A stretch of DNA of 64,000 nucleotides from Oikopleura dioica (GCA_907165135.1 OU015567.1:12710001-12774000), one strand, 5' to 3'. Positions 41,347 through 57,635 are shown, numbered from the stretch's first letter. The notes: generated from the letters alone by a model not told the origin. Made by a program: numbers and translations.

Positions 41347-44300
41347 CTTACAATATGCACAACGTATATTATTCTAATCCCGAGATCAATTCAGAACAAG
41401 TGTGTTCTTGTTACGGAAACATCCCCGAATTGACGTTAATTCATGGTTCTTTTCCCTGGATAAAATGAAGATATATTTACCCAGATCGACTCGAATAATA
41501 CATGAGATGGTCAGACTAGCACGAGGATAATTTTAGTTTAAAAGTGTATATGAGTTACTTTTCTGAAAACAAAATTTTCATAATTTTTATTTTTATTTAA
41601 TCTCAGGTGCCTTTTCTATTTCCTGTTGAAATAACCAATTCCTTACCCGTAGGAAAATTCTCTTTCTCAAAACTGTGAAGGAAACAGTAATCTCTCTGAA
41701 AGCCTTGATCTATCCCGCTGCGAACACCTTCCATCGCCACGGGGCGTCTGGCGTGCCCAAATTTCAAAAATCTCCAAAAAGAAAATCAATTTTTAAAAGC
41801 GGATATTGAGGTATAAAGGCCAAAATTGATCAAACTTGAGTATCCTCAACTCCCTGACGAGTGGGCTTCAAAGAGGTGTTGACTAGCAAAATATCCCTTG
41901 AAATTTTCAGGAAGGAATTTTTTTTTATTATCCCAATAAATCCATACAGGATGGGTGGGATTAGCGAGACTCGCGTGCGTCAAGGAGAAAAAGGCGAAAA
42001 AGGGGATTTCCTCTTTGAAACTTTCCTCAACTTTTTTTTCTTGGAGAAATGAATTATTTTTGAGTTGGAGTGACGAGACGCGCCGGAGAGTTAGATTTCA
42101 CAAGGAAAAATGGGATAGAACTCGGCCTCTCAGTTATCACTCGATTATCGCGTTTTTCATGACAAATGGAAATTTTCTGAAATTTGGCGAGATCCTTCAG
42201 TTTTATGAGATTCCGTAAATGGCGCTTATAATCGAATCTCCAAATAAATTTATCTACCTTTGTAAATATGCGCTTCTAATTTCCATTTCTGGTATCTCGC
42301 CTGCAACTCTCTCATCACGCACTCGAAAATAAACTCGACGATGGTCGACTCCATTCGTCCATCACAGTTTAGCTCATCAAAAATTAATCGTATTTTTTTC
42401 TTATTCTTTTTTTCCGTCAAATCTCACTATTATCGATTCAATACGCTTCACTGATTTTCCCTCCCTTGAGCCAATTTTATGCAACTCGGCCTTGCCCCTT
42501 AGCCACAAAAAGGGAACTAGAAGGGTTTATAAAATTGGACATGCTCCAGTAAATACCCGATTATAATGAGGCCCTTAGGAGGGTTCACGCGAAAGTTCAA
42601 AATTAAGCGACACCCTTCCCATCAAAAACATTCAATTTAAAATTCTGATTAAAATTTCCATCCTTCTTTTTATTCAATCTGACCTTTTTGTGGTTTTGAA
42701 AATTTCAAGCCTTCTCTCATTTTTTTCTCTTTATTTTGAAAACGGTTTCATTTTCAACTTCTAACTTTTTCTTTCATTTTTTGTATTCCCGAACTTGTAA
42801 AGAAATTCAGCGCGAAAACAAAACAATGTAATTATCACTTTCGGAAACGTGTTCTATTTCATTACAGTAACCCTCTCGCTCCCTGGGGAATCAAGGGTGT
42901 TTTGGTCCTTGTCTTGGTCTGTGGTTTACCTTGGTGCTGGTCCCTTAGGTTCATTTTCTTGGCAACACCGCCTTCCGGTGGCATTTTAGTCTTCTGCTTT
43001 TTCGATCTCTATGATAAATTTTGGGCACACAATAAAGCCCGTAAGGCCGAAATTGCGACGTGTGTGCCCAGGGGCACCTCCTTCTGGCAACAACGGTTTC
43101 AGTATCTCTTATTCTTTCTTTCTTCTGATTCACTGTATTATAACCACCGTGAGAAATTTCTCAAGGCCTTCCTAAGCATCACAAAAAACTCTAGCCACAG
43201 AAAAAGAAAGAAAAAAGGCAATTCTGCGCCAGCGCGCCGTTTTGGCTTCTTCGTGCAAAGATTTAATTTTTAATCGAAAAAAAGAAGCAGCTGGGGACTG
43301 TGCGGATCATCCCCAAGACCAAAAACAAAAATTTCCCAAAGCCGCTTTATTCATTTCAGCCTAAGAAGCGCTAGAAATGAGAAGAGGAGAGATAGCTAGT
43401 GCGATAAGGGAAGCCCGAACTTGTTGGATTGAACAACTTTGGAGATTTATTAAAGCTCCTTGATGCCTACATCCATAATTATTTATTGAAGTTTTTTCAT
43501 CAATAAAGAAATTGGACTCACCAGTTTTCGATAAGAAAATGATCTTTCTATTCTCTCTTTATATTTTTTTTTCTTAAATTTTTCGAGTTTATTTTCATCC
43601 CGCCACATTCGGGCGCTAACACAGGGTCAATCCAGGGTCAGTGTGTGTCCAATTCAGCGGGTTACTGTTTGCCTCAATCATCACAGAATGACACCTGGCT
43701 ATTGTGAGCCTTGGCCCATTTCCTGCTTATCCGAACTTATAAATCCATCTCTCCCAGCTCATTGAAAAATGGGCACAAAGACCAGTGAATAAAGGCTTCA
43801 AATCCGCAGCGGAGATTATTACACTCAAGTGTTTCATCAAATCGCTATTATTAAATGTACACAATACTGTAAATCAAGCTTCATAGGAACCTTCCAAACC
43901 CAAACCTTTTCTTTCGAGAAAATTTCTTCCTCTCTCTCTTCTGAATAAAAAACTCTGAATGTTCCTTCTCGAGTATGTTTTTAGGCACGCAGTTTGGACA
44001 CACTCGAGATCCAATTCTGCTTGAATGAATGAGATTGCAACAATTGCCATTTAGAGTGCACCAGTAGTCTGGTTCTTGATGGTCGGAAAAATGGCTACTT
44101 CAAAAAAGGTGCTCAAATGGCGCCAGCAAGTGAAGTGATCACACAGATTACACTTTATTAGTGGCGTTTCTTGCAAAAACCATCCGGCTGAAAACGGTTT
44201 TCTAACGTTATTGCGCAAAGTAAGTCGATCTTATTCTTGAAATGAAGACATCTTTAATTATCAATGATGTTATGTTTGAGCAGGGCTTCCGCATAATGAT

Positions 44301-44429
44301 CATGGTAAGCTAACATCGTCAATAGTTAGATCTACGATTTAACAACGTACTCAATCTTAATTTCAGCGTAACAAGGATCGTCATCATCTCATAGACCTAA
44401 GGCTAAGACAGAGAATTTTTCGCAAAAAG

Positions 44430-46191
44430 ATGCTTTCGAATATAATTTTGCTACTATTGACATTTTCGGAATATTCCGAAGCATACCAGGCTCCCGAATA
44501 TTGTTCACTACCACCCTCGAGAATGCGAACAATCGATATTATTGGAGTTATGTCAGATAGAATCTTGGCGAAAGTTAAACTTGTAAATGTAAGTTGACAA
44601 TCATATTTCTGAAATATAATTTTGAAACCTAGAAAATCCCGAATACTCAAAATTACTGGGGAGTTTTTAAGTTCAAAAACCAATGCGAAAGTAATTTTCT
44701 TGACGAACTTTCCATGGGCTCCCCTGAATTGCCAATAATCGAAATAATCGACAAAACTGGGAATTTGTACCAAGTTGAGTTTACCATGCCATTCGCCAGT
44801 CCATTCAATAGTTCTGTGACAAGATATGTTCTCCAGCAGGTTCGGAAGATATCTTCAATCAACATACGCGAGTCTGAAGATTCAGAAGGGTGGAAAGAAG
44901 ACTCAGATGCATTTATCATTTCTGTCAAGGTTCCGGTTGGCCACGATAAAGACAAAATAGCAAATTGTATAAAAAAGATGAAAATCTTTATTTTCGACGA
45001 TGATGGCATGTCTTCGAATGAGATTGATTACCTTTATTGCTTCGCGAAACTCGGCCCTCCAAAAGTATACACAACCGCGACAACATCAACAAAAACAACG
45101 TCAACGACAACAACCACCAGCTCCATTACAACCACCACAACGACTACTAGTCCGACAACACCTGCTCCAGGCGACTCTTTCCACATTCTCGACGCACACG
45201 ATCCAATCGATAGCGTTTGGCTTGTCAATTCTTTCGGTGCATTTGAAACAGCATCCGCGGTTTCTTTCGACTGCCCTCTTAAATTTGCCTCGACTTTTTA
45301 TCATCAAGACAACGTAATCATCGTTTCCAATTTGTGCAATTTTATCTACTACTTCGACAATACCTGCGGATTGACAAAAACGACTGTAGCGACTCCTTTT
45401 CCAAATCAAGAGGTCGAGGACCAAATGACGACTCATTTGATTGATGGCTACACCAAAATCTACGCACATAACAACGGAGTTATAAGATCGCTGAGTATAA
45501 TCAATTTTCCAGTCTCATCAGCTACCTGGAAAAATGCAACAACAAGTGGACAACAAATTTTCAGTCGAGGTCTGTCTATTTGATAATCACACTTTTCGAT
45601 TCTTAGGTTTTGCTCCTTATAAAGCTCACCGACTCTTGCTCTTTGGCGGCTCTTCCGGGGAGCTCATCAAAATCGAGTTGATGACTTCAACGCTAAACAT
45701 AATTTTTGGCAGCAAACGAAATATGTACCGGATATGCCGAATATAAGAAAACGAGCTATTGCCTTATCTCTTGATTTCGCGAAAATCGTTGTTGTTGGCG
45801 GTCTGGAAAATTCTAGCTATGATAGGTAATCAACCAATTTCGTTAGAATTTTATGGCTCAATTACTAATTGATAATTAGAAAATCAAATGTTTGGATAAT
45901 GGAAAACGATGTTTGGACTGGTCAAGCAGATATGCTGAATGTACGATCATTTCCAACGCTGCAGAAGCTTGATTCGGATACTTTTCTTGTCATTGGCGGT
46001 TTTTCAGGAAGCATGCCCATCGAAAGAGGTACAATGAGACCCTTATGTGTGTATGAAAGATAATTTTAGTTGATATTTCTACGGGAAATCCTGTTTCCGA
46101 GGCGATGTCGGCCGAAGGAGCTTTTCAATCACGACCTATTTATCTACCTAACTGTCCTGCATTGCCCTACGAAATAACTGTTCTCGGATAG
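44430..46191 (+). CDS. Secreted protein with Thr-rich mucin-like linker and kelch-like C-terminus
   Basis: MLSNIILLLLTFSEYSEA signal-like start; 289-aa exon with a poly-Thr tract (45070-45160); C-terminal VVVGGLE..VW..VW..ML..RSF..FLVIGG kelch-type motifs. The first junction is unresolved. Confidence 0.55.
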
Positions 46192-46361
46192 ACATTTGTA
46201 TATACATATGATTTATTCAACATGCACAAATAAAAATATTTTGTTTTCTTGTTGAACTTTGGCTTTGGCGAAGGAAAAAAATATGATATTATTGGTTAGT
46301 TACACGTAAAAAAGCATATCACAAGGCAAAGAGCAAGAGAGACCCATTCTTCCCAAGATTC

Positions 46362-47423
46362 TTATCGAGTCATTTGAGCTTCATCGAGATGTCCTTCTCG
46401 CATGTCGTATTTGTCGACTTGCTGGCTGATGGTCATGTAGGAAATTGGCTGCTGATAAAGGGTTGAAAATAATAATGACTTTCAAGTAAAGTAAAGATTG
46501 AGTTTTAGTCTCTCTTAAAATTGTCAACCCTTTGGCAAGATCGTCATAATAACGGAGCAAACAAAGCAGAGAGCGGGGGCAGCAAGAATCCATGAGCAGT
46601 AACTATCCCAGGTATCAAAGAAAGTGACAGGGTTGTTCTGAGCGCTGTAGAACTTCTCCATCTGAACTCCAATAGCAAGACCATAAGCAGCAAGAACGCA
46701 GGAAGTAGCGGTAACACAAGTACCTTTTGTTTGATTCAAAAACAATAATTTGAAACAATTATTTTCAATTGAAATTGGTCTTTTTGATCTTTTCCTGAGC
46801 AGCTCAAGAAAGCGTGCCAAAAGGCAGCATCAGCACTTTTTTGCTAAAGAAAGGTTATTCGGGAAGAATTATCGGCGAATAAAAGGAATTTTAATTGCCT
46901 AATTCATTAGCTTTTTAGACTTTATTACCCGAGAAGCGCGGAGACCGGAGATTGGGACAGCAAGGAGGACCACGGCGAAGCCAAGTTGTGGGGCGAAGAA
47001 CTAATAAATTAATTTAGTTTAAAAACATTTAGTTACAGCTTTAGTAACTAAAATATTACAAATCAAATGGGAAAAACTAAATGAGATCTCATCCAACATA
47101 GTACAATTTTCAAGTCAAGAAAATCTTATATTAGAGATGTCTTTCATCTATGGAAGGCCAAATTATCATTGATGATCATCAAGTAAAACAATCATCAATT
47201 CAACTGATAGAAAAATTATGTTGAAAAAAGTATAAGTAAATTTTATGGTGTCTTACTTCTGGAATAAAGAAATATTTATTCGACCCAACAGCCAGCGCCG
47301 AAACCACAATCCATGTAATAACAAAGACGAGCTCCAGCCACGCCAGAATGGAAAACTTCTTGGTCAACTAAAGAAAAAAGGGCTTGAAAAGCTGAAAAAT
47401 GCGCCGCGCGTCCTCACCTTCAT
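46362..47423 (-). CDS. Four-transmembrane protein (MS4A/CD20-like topology)
   Basis: Spliced exons MK|LTKKFSILAWLELVFVITWIVVSALAVG..|FFAPQLGFAVVLLAVPISGL..|..AFWHAFLSCS|GTCVTATSCVLAAYGLAIG..SWILAAPALCFVCSVIMTIL give four hydrophobic segments. The last junction is uncertain. Confidence 0.6.
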
Positions 47424-47616
47424 TCTCTCGTCTTTGACTGCTGCGACTTCGGATGCGGACTTTTACGATCGCGCGCAATCATAATCTTGGTTTTAACATT
47501 GTAAAAACTCCGTTACGATGACGTGCCCCTGAATAGTTGAGATTATTTTGATTGTTACGTGTAGGGGTCGAGTTCGCAAATAAAATAAATTGTTAAATAA
47601 ATTAAGTAAAACTCAG

Positions 47617-49134
47617 AAAATGAATGGTACACGACGCACATACTGAATAACGTCAATTATGTTGAAAATGATACAAGTCGCGGTTCACCAAAAAGCACCA
47701 GCGACGAGGGATTCACCTAAGTTTCAACTCTACATTTTGGTATGTGGCAGTGTTTGAAAAAACCCGCCCGCGAACCCCGTACCCGCAAGAAATCTCGGAT
47801 TTGGCCCCCGCGCCCGCCCGCGCCCGTAGAAAATTTTTGATCTGGCCCCCGCGCCCTCCCGCGCCCGTGGAAATTTTTTTCGCGCCCGCGGGCGCCCGGG
47901 GCTCACCATAAATTGAATTAAGCTAGTTAAGAATGTTGGGTTTTCATCTGAAAAACTTTGCGTAAAATGAATGAGCCCCGTTCCTTGATTTATGAATAAA
48001 GAGCCAGTTTTTTTAAATAAAGGCCGTTTTGGCAATCTTTAACTGGAGAATCAGCCGATTTGAATTATGAATCCTGACGAACATTATTGTCAATAGAACT
48101 TCTTCAAAACAGAGAAATCTACCTTTCTCATTGCATTCTAAGCTATCGATAGACCCCTTGTTTGTTAATTTTCGGGCCGTCTCAGCCCCGTTCCTTGATT
48201 TTTTGATTTAAGGGGCTTGACATAGGCTTGGAACATTTAGTTTTGTCCCCAACCCCACCCACTCCCATTGTTTTAAAAAGTCAAATTATCTTAGTTTTTA
48301 GCTTAATTATGGTTTTTTTTTGAGAGTTATTCTTCTATAATTCGCAGATTCATATCCCTCGAACCCGCGGGGCCTGCGGGCGCGAGGGTAACGGGCGCCC
48401 GCCCGCACCCGCGCAAAATTCTTGAATCGGCCCATGCGCCCGCCCGCAACCGCGCAAAATTTTGGAATCGGCCCCCGCGCCCGCCCGCGCCCGCGGAAAA
48501 TTTTGAAATCGGCCCCCGCGCCCGCCCGCGCCCGCGGAAAATGTTGCGGGTTTTCAAACACTGGTATGTGGAACAACTTAGGCGACTACTTTGATCCTAG
48601 TTTTTAGACGAGCTCGTAAAAGATCACATCATCTTCGTTAAGGAAACTCCTTGACTATCAGAGCGTGCTAATTCTGAATGCACTTACGAGGACAAATACA
48701 GTCATTGCGCTTGGCGCCATACGACTGATAATTCTTGCTTTGTGCCCTTGATAGAATCGACGATGTCATTTTACGACCACACCGTCTGCTTGGATAAAAT
48801 CCACCTCAAAGAAAACAGAAGAGCCCGGCGCAAATTCGAAAGAATCGAGTCTGATTTCTACAGATCGAAAAGGTTTTCAAACAACTCCTCAAAGGACTTT
48901 GATGCTAAGAACGATTGGAAATTAATAAAAATACTGCTTCGAATTAATTTTAAATATATTTCAACAAAGTGCGTGACAAGAAACAATTGTTTCTGTTCAT
49001 TTGAGCATTTTCACAAATTGGCCGCAGATGACTGTAATTTTCTTTTTACAATCATTTCTAGTTGCTCGGCGCTTGGTTGGTCGCGTTTGGCCAATCAGCG
49101 CGCGCTCGGCCATTCATCGCTCTTACAGAAATAA
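47617..49134 (+). pseudogene. Probable pseudogene: protein-like frame across the hAT-bearing intron, with two in-frame stops
   Basis: One frame ENEWYTTHILNNVNYVEND..EGFT*VSTLHF|DELVKDHIIFVKETP*LSERANSECTYEDKYSHCAWRH.. joins through GTATGT..TTTTTAG and continues into ORF 48742-49134. Confidence 0.4.
47748..48563. mobile_element. 816-bp non-autonomous hAT element with GC-rich subterminal repeats
   Basis: TIR CAGTGTTTGAAAA / TTTTCAAACACTG; 8-bp TSD GTATGTGG (47740-47747, 48564-48571); ~38-bp GGCCCCCGCGCCCGCCCGCGCCCG-AAAATTTT units near both ends; no transposase ORF. Confidence 0.93.
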
Positions 49135-49219
49135 ATTTATGGCGCTTTGAATTGTGAAAATTGTGAAGCCTCGTAATTTTCTTCGTTTTTTAGTTTTTTT
49201 GAAGTTGGCAGAGACGGAA

Positions 49220-50906
49220 AATGAGCGACGGCGTAAGAAACAGGAATAACACGGCGACTTCTGCTTCGAAATCGTCCGTCAGATCGAAGAAACCGGACAA
49301 TTCGGCTTTCAAACAACAGAGATTGCCAGCATGGCAACCAGTGCTTACTGCTAAGTCGGTTTTACCGGTAAGAAAAGTTTTATGAGAAAAATGCACATAA
49401 CTCAGAGTTTTTATCCGTTTTTCGCATGGTATTTGTTCATTTTCGGCTAGAAATGTTCATTTTTGATTTGTTAGCAACTCTCAGTCAATATTTAAAGCAT
49501 TCTGCTACGATGAGTTAACCATTTTCCACATTTTCCAACAAAATATCTTCAGATTTTCTTCATCGTCGGTGTTATCTTCATCCCCATTGGCTCTCTCATC
49601 ATCGTCGCGTCCAACGGTGTCCAAGAAGTCGAGCAAGTCTACACCGATTGCGAAGCAGAATTCACCTTTACTCAGCACCCTCCTACAGTAGGAAACATTA
49701 GTAACGTCACCGGCAGCGGCCAGACTTGCAAGGACATTTACGATGCCTGGATTGAATCGTTTCCTGGAGCTCCTGAGGGAAATCCACCCACTTGTATTTG
49801 CTCCCAAGAATTTACAATTGAAGCAGAAATGGAATCTCCCGTGAGTTCATAAACATTTTATACTTTCAAATCAGGAAAACGGCCTTTTTCATGATGCGCT
49901 CTAGATCTTTGCTTACTACAGGTTGACTAACTACTACCAAAACCACCGAAGATATGTGAAGTCCCGAGATGATACTCAACTTCTCGCCGAAGCGTCGACC
50001 ATCGGAGACAAGCCAGATGGCGATTGCAGTCCGTACGATGTTGTCGATGTCGGTGATATTAAACCGATACCAATCGGTGAGTTTTAGCCTCTTTTCGATC
50101 AAAATCATGTGACCTTAGGGTCAAAATACCGATCAGAAGTCCACCACGAATAACATCTTTTCATTTAGCCCCATGTGGAGCCATTGCGAATTCTCTCTTC
50201 AACGATACATTCTTCTTCCGGCAATGCGGAACCTCTGGATGTGTCCCACTTACCCTAAATGACATTGTTAATCCTGACAGTGGTTTCGGCGCGATTCCCA
50301 TGTCTGGCGAAGACATTGCCTGGAAAACTGACAAAGTAACATCAAAGCAACCGCTTCTGAACGAGTTTGATCTCTTTTTAGAGCCAAAAATTCGATCCGA
50401 ACGAAAAACAAAGAACGCGACTTTTCTTAATGGAACTGTTCGACCACTGAACTGGAGAACTGATGTGCATACGCTTGGAACACCCCAAGACGCGCTGAGT
50501 TACAGGTCGAAATCTGGATCAAGCGGGATCGGCTTCCGAAACGAGGATTTTATCGTCTGGATGAGGACTGCTGCTTTTCCAACTTTCAGGAAGCTTTATC
50601 GAAAGATTCAGGACTCAAATGGACAGCAATTAAGTAAGTAACTAATTTTTATTTCAACATAGCTGTAGAAGTATTGATTAAAAATGCTGTTCAGACCTTC
50701 CACCCGGAACTTACCAGCTGCTGACGTACTACAACTACCCAGTCCACAGATTCGGCGGTGGAAAATTCTTCGTTCTCGCGACCACGTCCTGGATCGGTGG
50801 AAAGAACCTCTTCCTCGGCTGGACCTACGCGATCGTCGGCGCAATTTGCCTAGTCGTCATGTTCTTTCTTCTTTGCATCTCTCGCCGGAATCACAATCGC
50901 GACTAG
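49220..50906 (+). CDS. TMEM30A: CDC50/TMEM30 flippase beta subunit
   Basis: [115 protein letters not shown]. Confidence 0.96.
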
Positions 50907-51393
50907 AGCTCATCCTTTTATTCAAAATCGGACAATCTGAGAAAACTACGATTCTTTTTCTTTGTTCTATCTTCCCATGTTCCAGCAATATTTCTTCAAG
51001 TCAACAATCAAATCCGTTTTGTTTTCACATTTTCTATGTTAGCTTACAATCGCTTACAAAGTTCATCAAACGAAAGTCACGAATTACAAACTGTAATACT
51101 GTATTCGCTCGAAAAAAGAAAATAACATGAAAAATTTACGAACCAAACGAACTTCAAGTCAAGAATTCTAAAAAATCATAAATTAAAATTTTCTATATGT
51201 TTTAATTATCAATTTTCCTATCTATATGCATTATTTCTGAATAATTAAAACGAAACAAAAGCTTATCATTATTTCTTAATCTGACGGATCCATGCAAAAA
51301 TCAATGTAATTACTTTTCCATGTTGCCGCTTGTGTATCTTCTAAGCGAGTCTAAAAAGCGTTCCTTTCTTCAGAAAATCAGAAATCTGCAGGG

Positions 51394-52428
51394 ATGAGTG
51401 ACCAAGAAGAGCATCTCCTGGCTGCTACTAGCGCCGGAGCTACGAGAAGAAGGGATGATGACGAATCGGACTCTCCCGAAGTAAGCTTGTTGAAGAGACG
51501 ACTTCGTTATGCCAACCAAAATATTGAGTTTTTGCAAGGTAAATAATAATCATTCTATTGAGTCAGGCTCATGATTTTCATTCTTATTTTCATTTTACTT
51601 TAAAATAATTTCAAACTCTCCCTTCGACCCTTGAAACCAGGATTCTTACTGATAATTTGACCTTGTTTAAGATAGAATGTGGCTAAACTAAATATTAGAT
51701 TCTCACAAGCAAACGATTTCTGAGCTTCACAGCGAAGTTGAGCGCTTGAAAATGCTCAATAAAGAGCAGCAGTGGAGATTAGTCCTTGCAGGACACTATA
51801 AATCGCTGCCAGACATTGATGTCGTCAGACAATTCGAGAATTTATCAGTTCAAACTACCGAAGTACCACCACAGCAGGATCCAGAGGTACTTCCGTTCGA
51901 TCTTTTCAAGCTTTTCATTTTGGTAGAGTATCATGAAGATGAAACGATTAGAAGAAACGAACGCCGATTTGAAGACTGAAGTAGAATTCCTCCGCCGCGC
52001 CAACGAACGATTCAAATCCGAGCTTCTACGCAGCTCAAAAACGATGGAGCCAACAAAAAGGCCGGCGAAATTAATTAGATCGCCGAGATCCGCTAATAGT
52101 GCCGGATCGATCGGCAGTAGAACTCGTTTTGGGGTTGGAAAGGCCTCCTCTTCTTCAGTCAATCAATTGCAGGTAGAAATCATCGTCTTCCTCTGATAAT
52201 AATTTTTCGAAACTTCTAGTCTGGTTTCGGAAAGGAACTGCGACTAGACCCCAGTGTCGAAAACAAAACCATTCATCTCCCAGCTCTGAAAGGTAAACAA
52301 CCGTTCCCCAAACGCCTCTCCCAAATTTCGATGTTCATAATTGTCAAAAATGTGTTTTCTTAGGTGTCAACCACTCAATTAAACATCAGAGGCGCTTGGA
52401 TGTCATTAACGATCGTCACTTCAACTAG
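51394..52428 (+). CDS. CCDC74/CCDC92-family coiled-coil protein
   Basis: NQNIEFLQ|DSHKQTISELHSEVERLKMLNKEQQWRL fits the CCDC92/74 N-terminal coil; C-terminal LPALK..QRRL resembles the CCDC74 tail. Confidence 0.65.
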
Positions 52429-52759
52429 AAAAGAAGCTTCTTTTTATACCTTTAAAAAAACGAAAATGCCGTATATATATTTTTGTATTTGATAAATGTA
52501 ACTTTACAAGAAAAAATATTTAATAAAGAAAATAAAAATCCCGCTTCCCAAAAACATCAATTTGCATGTCATTTTCTTCTTCTGTTTTTCTTGATTCTTC
52601 ATCATCAAAATACCGCGAGACTCATTTTTTCTCTGAAAAATGACTTTCTGGTGATTTTGATATGTTACAGAACTTATCAAGTGATTGATTTCCATCAGAT
52701 CAGATTGAATCAGAATGAATCGATTTTTTGGAAGAATTTCAACGCGTTATGCTTCAGGA

Positions 52760-53738
52760 ATGCGTTTTTGTCAGTTCCACGATCAGTCTAACGGCCTTAG
52801 GCTCGGTGCACAGCTCGCTGATGGCTCTGTCGCTGATATTTCCGCACAATATCCTGATCTCAAGGTTTTTTTCCTCTTGATTCTAGTCGCCTTAGCTCCT
52901 TTAGTCCTTGATCTCCGCTGGTGCCGAAGGAATGTCAAAAGTCTCCGCTGCTCTTGGAAGTCCAGCAAGTGGGGTTGCTCTTGATAGCCTCAAGATGGCG
53001 CCAGTCATTCATAATCCCGAAAAGATCATCTGCATCGGCCTCAACTACTCCGACCATTGCACCGAGCAAAATCTTACTCCACCAAAGGAGCCTGTCGTGT
53101 TCAACAAGTTTCCATCCACTCTGGTAGGCCATGGCGATGCTATTCAGCTCCCGAAAATCGGATGCAATACTGGTACGCTGAAAACTCCTACGATTATAAA
53201 TAGCTTGACTTTTTCCAGATCTTGAGGCGGAACTAGCCATTATCATCGGAAAAGAAGGCCGCCACATTTCAAAAGAATCCGCTTTCGACCACGTCTTCGG
53301 ATACACCATCGCCAACGACGTGTCTGGTCGGGACTGGCAAAAGAAACGCAACGGAGGTCAATGGCTTCTCGGCAAAACTTTTGATACTTTTTGCCCGCTT
53401 GGCCCCGTGGTTGCTACTGACGTTGATCCATCTAATTTGAAGATTTCGTAAGCACCAAGCAATTGTATTCAGTAACTAATAAAAAATGTAGATCTTGGAT
53501 CGGAGACGACAAAATGCAAGATTCAAACACGAAGTTCCTGATTTTTGACATTCCATTCATCATTAACTGGGTGTCCCAAATCTGCACCCTCAAGCCAGGA
53601 GACGTGATCCTCACCGGAACTCCTGGAGGCGTCGGCATGCACCGCAATCCACCCAAGTTCCTCGCGGATGGCGACACTTGCGTCATTGAAATCGAGGGAC
53701 TTGGACGACTCTCGAACCCGGTCAAAATGGAAGAGTGA
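52760..53738 (+). CDS. FAHD2A: Fumarylacetoacetate hydrolase domain protein 2
   Basis: [96 protein letters not shown]. Confidence 0.95.
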
Positions 53739-53890
53739 ATAAAACTTGCTCTAAATCTTTTTGAACCTGCCAAAAACATGTTGATTTATTCTGTATTCGA
53801 CGATTCTTCTTTCTGATTATCCATCTCTAATTCATCTTTAATTTAAACTTGAAAAATGTTAAAATAAACTTGAAGAAAGCTAAAAAAGAG

Positions 53891-54476
53891 ATGTCGATCG
53901 CGGAATTGAACAGAAAGTTAGACTCGCTGGAGGAACAGATCACGAAGAAAAATATAAGCGCGATTACTTTTGCTCAGAAAAAGCTTGAAAACACCAACAA
54001 ATGTAAAAAAAATTCAAAATTCAGCCAATATTATTGCTTTTTCAGACGCAAACGTAGATACCCTCTTCAAAGACATCAGTCGACTAACCCATCTGCTTGA
54101 TCTTTCTTGCTCCGAAATCACGCCTGAGGCGATGAACCAGCTTGCAGTCAGTATCGAGCCCATCGTTCAGCAAATCGCGCCCTACATGGACAAGGTTCAG
54201 TCACTTGAAAAATACAGTCACCTTGGCGAACTGGAAAACATGATCGAAAAGAAGAAAGATATCCAGAAACTGGCGACGCTGAATAGACTTCAATACGAAA
54301 AAGCACAAAATCTAGGTACTGATTCTGAAGGCGAAAGTTGAAATGAATTTCAATCTCTTGAAGGTCAAAATACTGGAATTCTTCTGGCTCATTACAACGC
54401 AATCATCGACAACTTGTCCCGCGACTTTGCTGTTTTAGAAGCCCAACTTTCAGAAGTCGAAGATCTCAGTCCATAA
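53891..54476 (+). CDS. DCTN3: Dynactin subunit 3 (p22/p24)
   Basis: 3 exons with GT-AG introns; LNRKLDSLEE..LFKDISRL..LEKYSHL..LATLN..QNLGQNTGILLAHYNAII..LSRDF follows the DCTN3 layout (LLEEYN..LSKQF). Confidence 0.72.
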
Positions 54477-54582
54477 ATTCTATCAAAATCCTGTCATTTC
54501 AAGACCATTTTCCAGCTGTTAAAATTACTAATCGTCCTTTTCTTCAAACCAAGTGTCATCCTTCCTCGTTTTTCAGCATCGA

Positions 54583-57406
<2,824 letters not shown>

Positions 57407-57635
57407 GAGGGACGGGAAGGCCTGCTCCGACGACTTGGAAATGATCTTTTTCCTTTAATTTCTTTCTAAAATTTACGACTGCCCAGATAGAGGAGAAATC
57501 AAAACTGCACAATACTAACGATCACTATTCAACAGAACTCCTCGTTTATCATATTATTTTTATTTTTATACTTTGACAAATATATTTTTATAATCGGCAA
57601 GCACGGTATCATCTTCTTCGTATTTCAGATTCCAG

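Noticed and set aside
41950-42050. GEKGEKGD collagen-like stretch
   Set aside because: Only about three triplets, with no supported gene model; may be the antisense of an upstream ninein exon.
41350-43300. Possible upstream ninein exons (e.g. ~41650-41790, ~42250-42370, ~42890-43150)
   Set aside because: Exon-like, but I could not fix frames or homology, so they were left out of the model.
47760-48560. GC-rich periodic repeats resembling a CRISPR array or collagen-like ORFs
   Set aside because: The units have no unique spacers and lie inside TIR/TSD-bounded hAT ends. The RARAG-type ORFs are by-products of the repeats.
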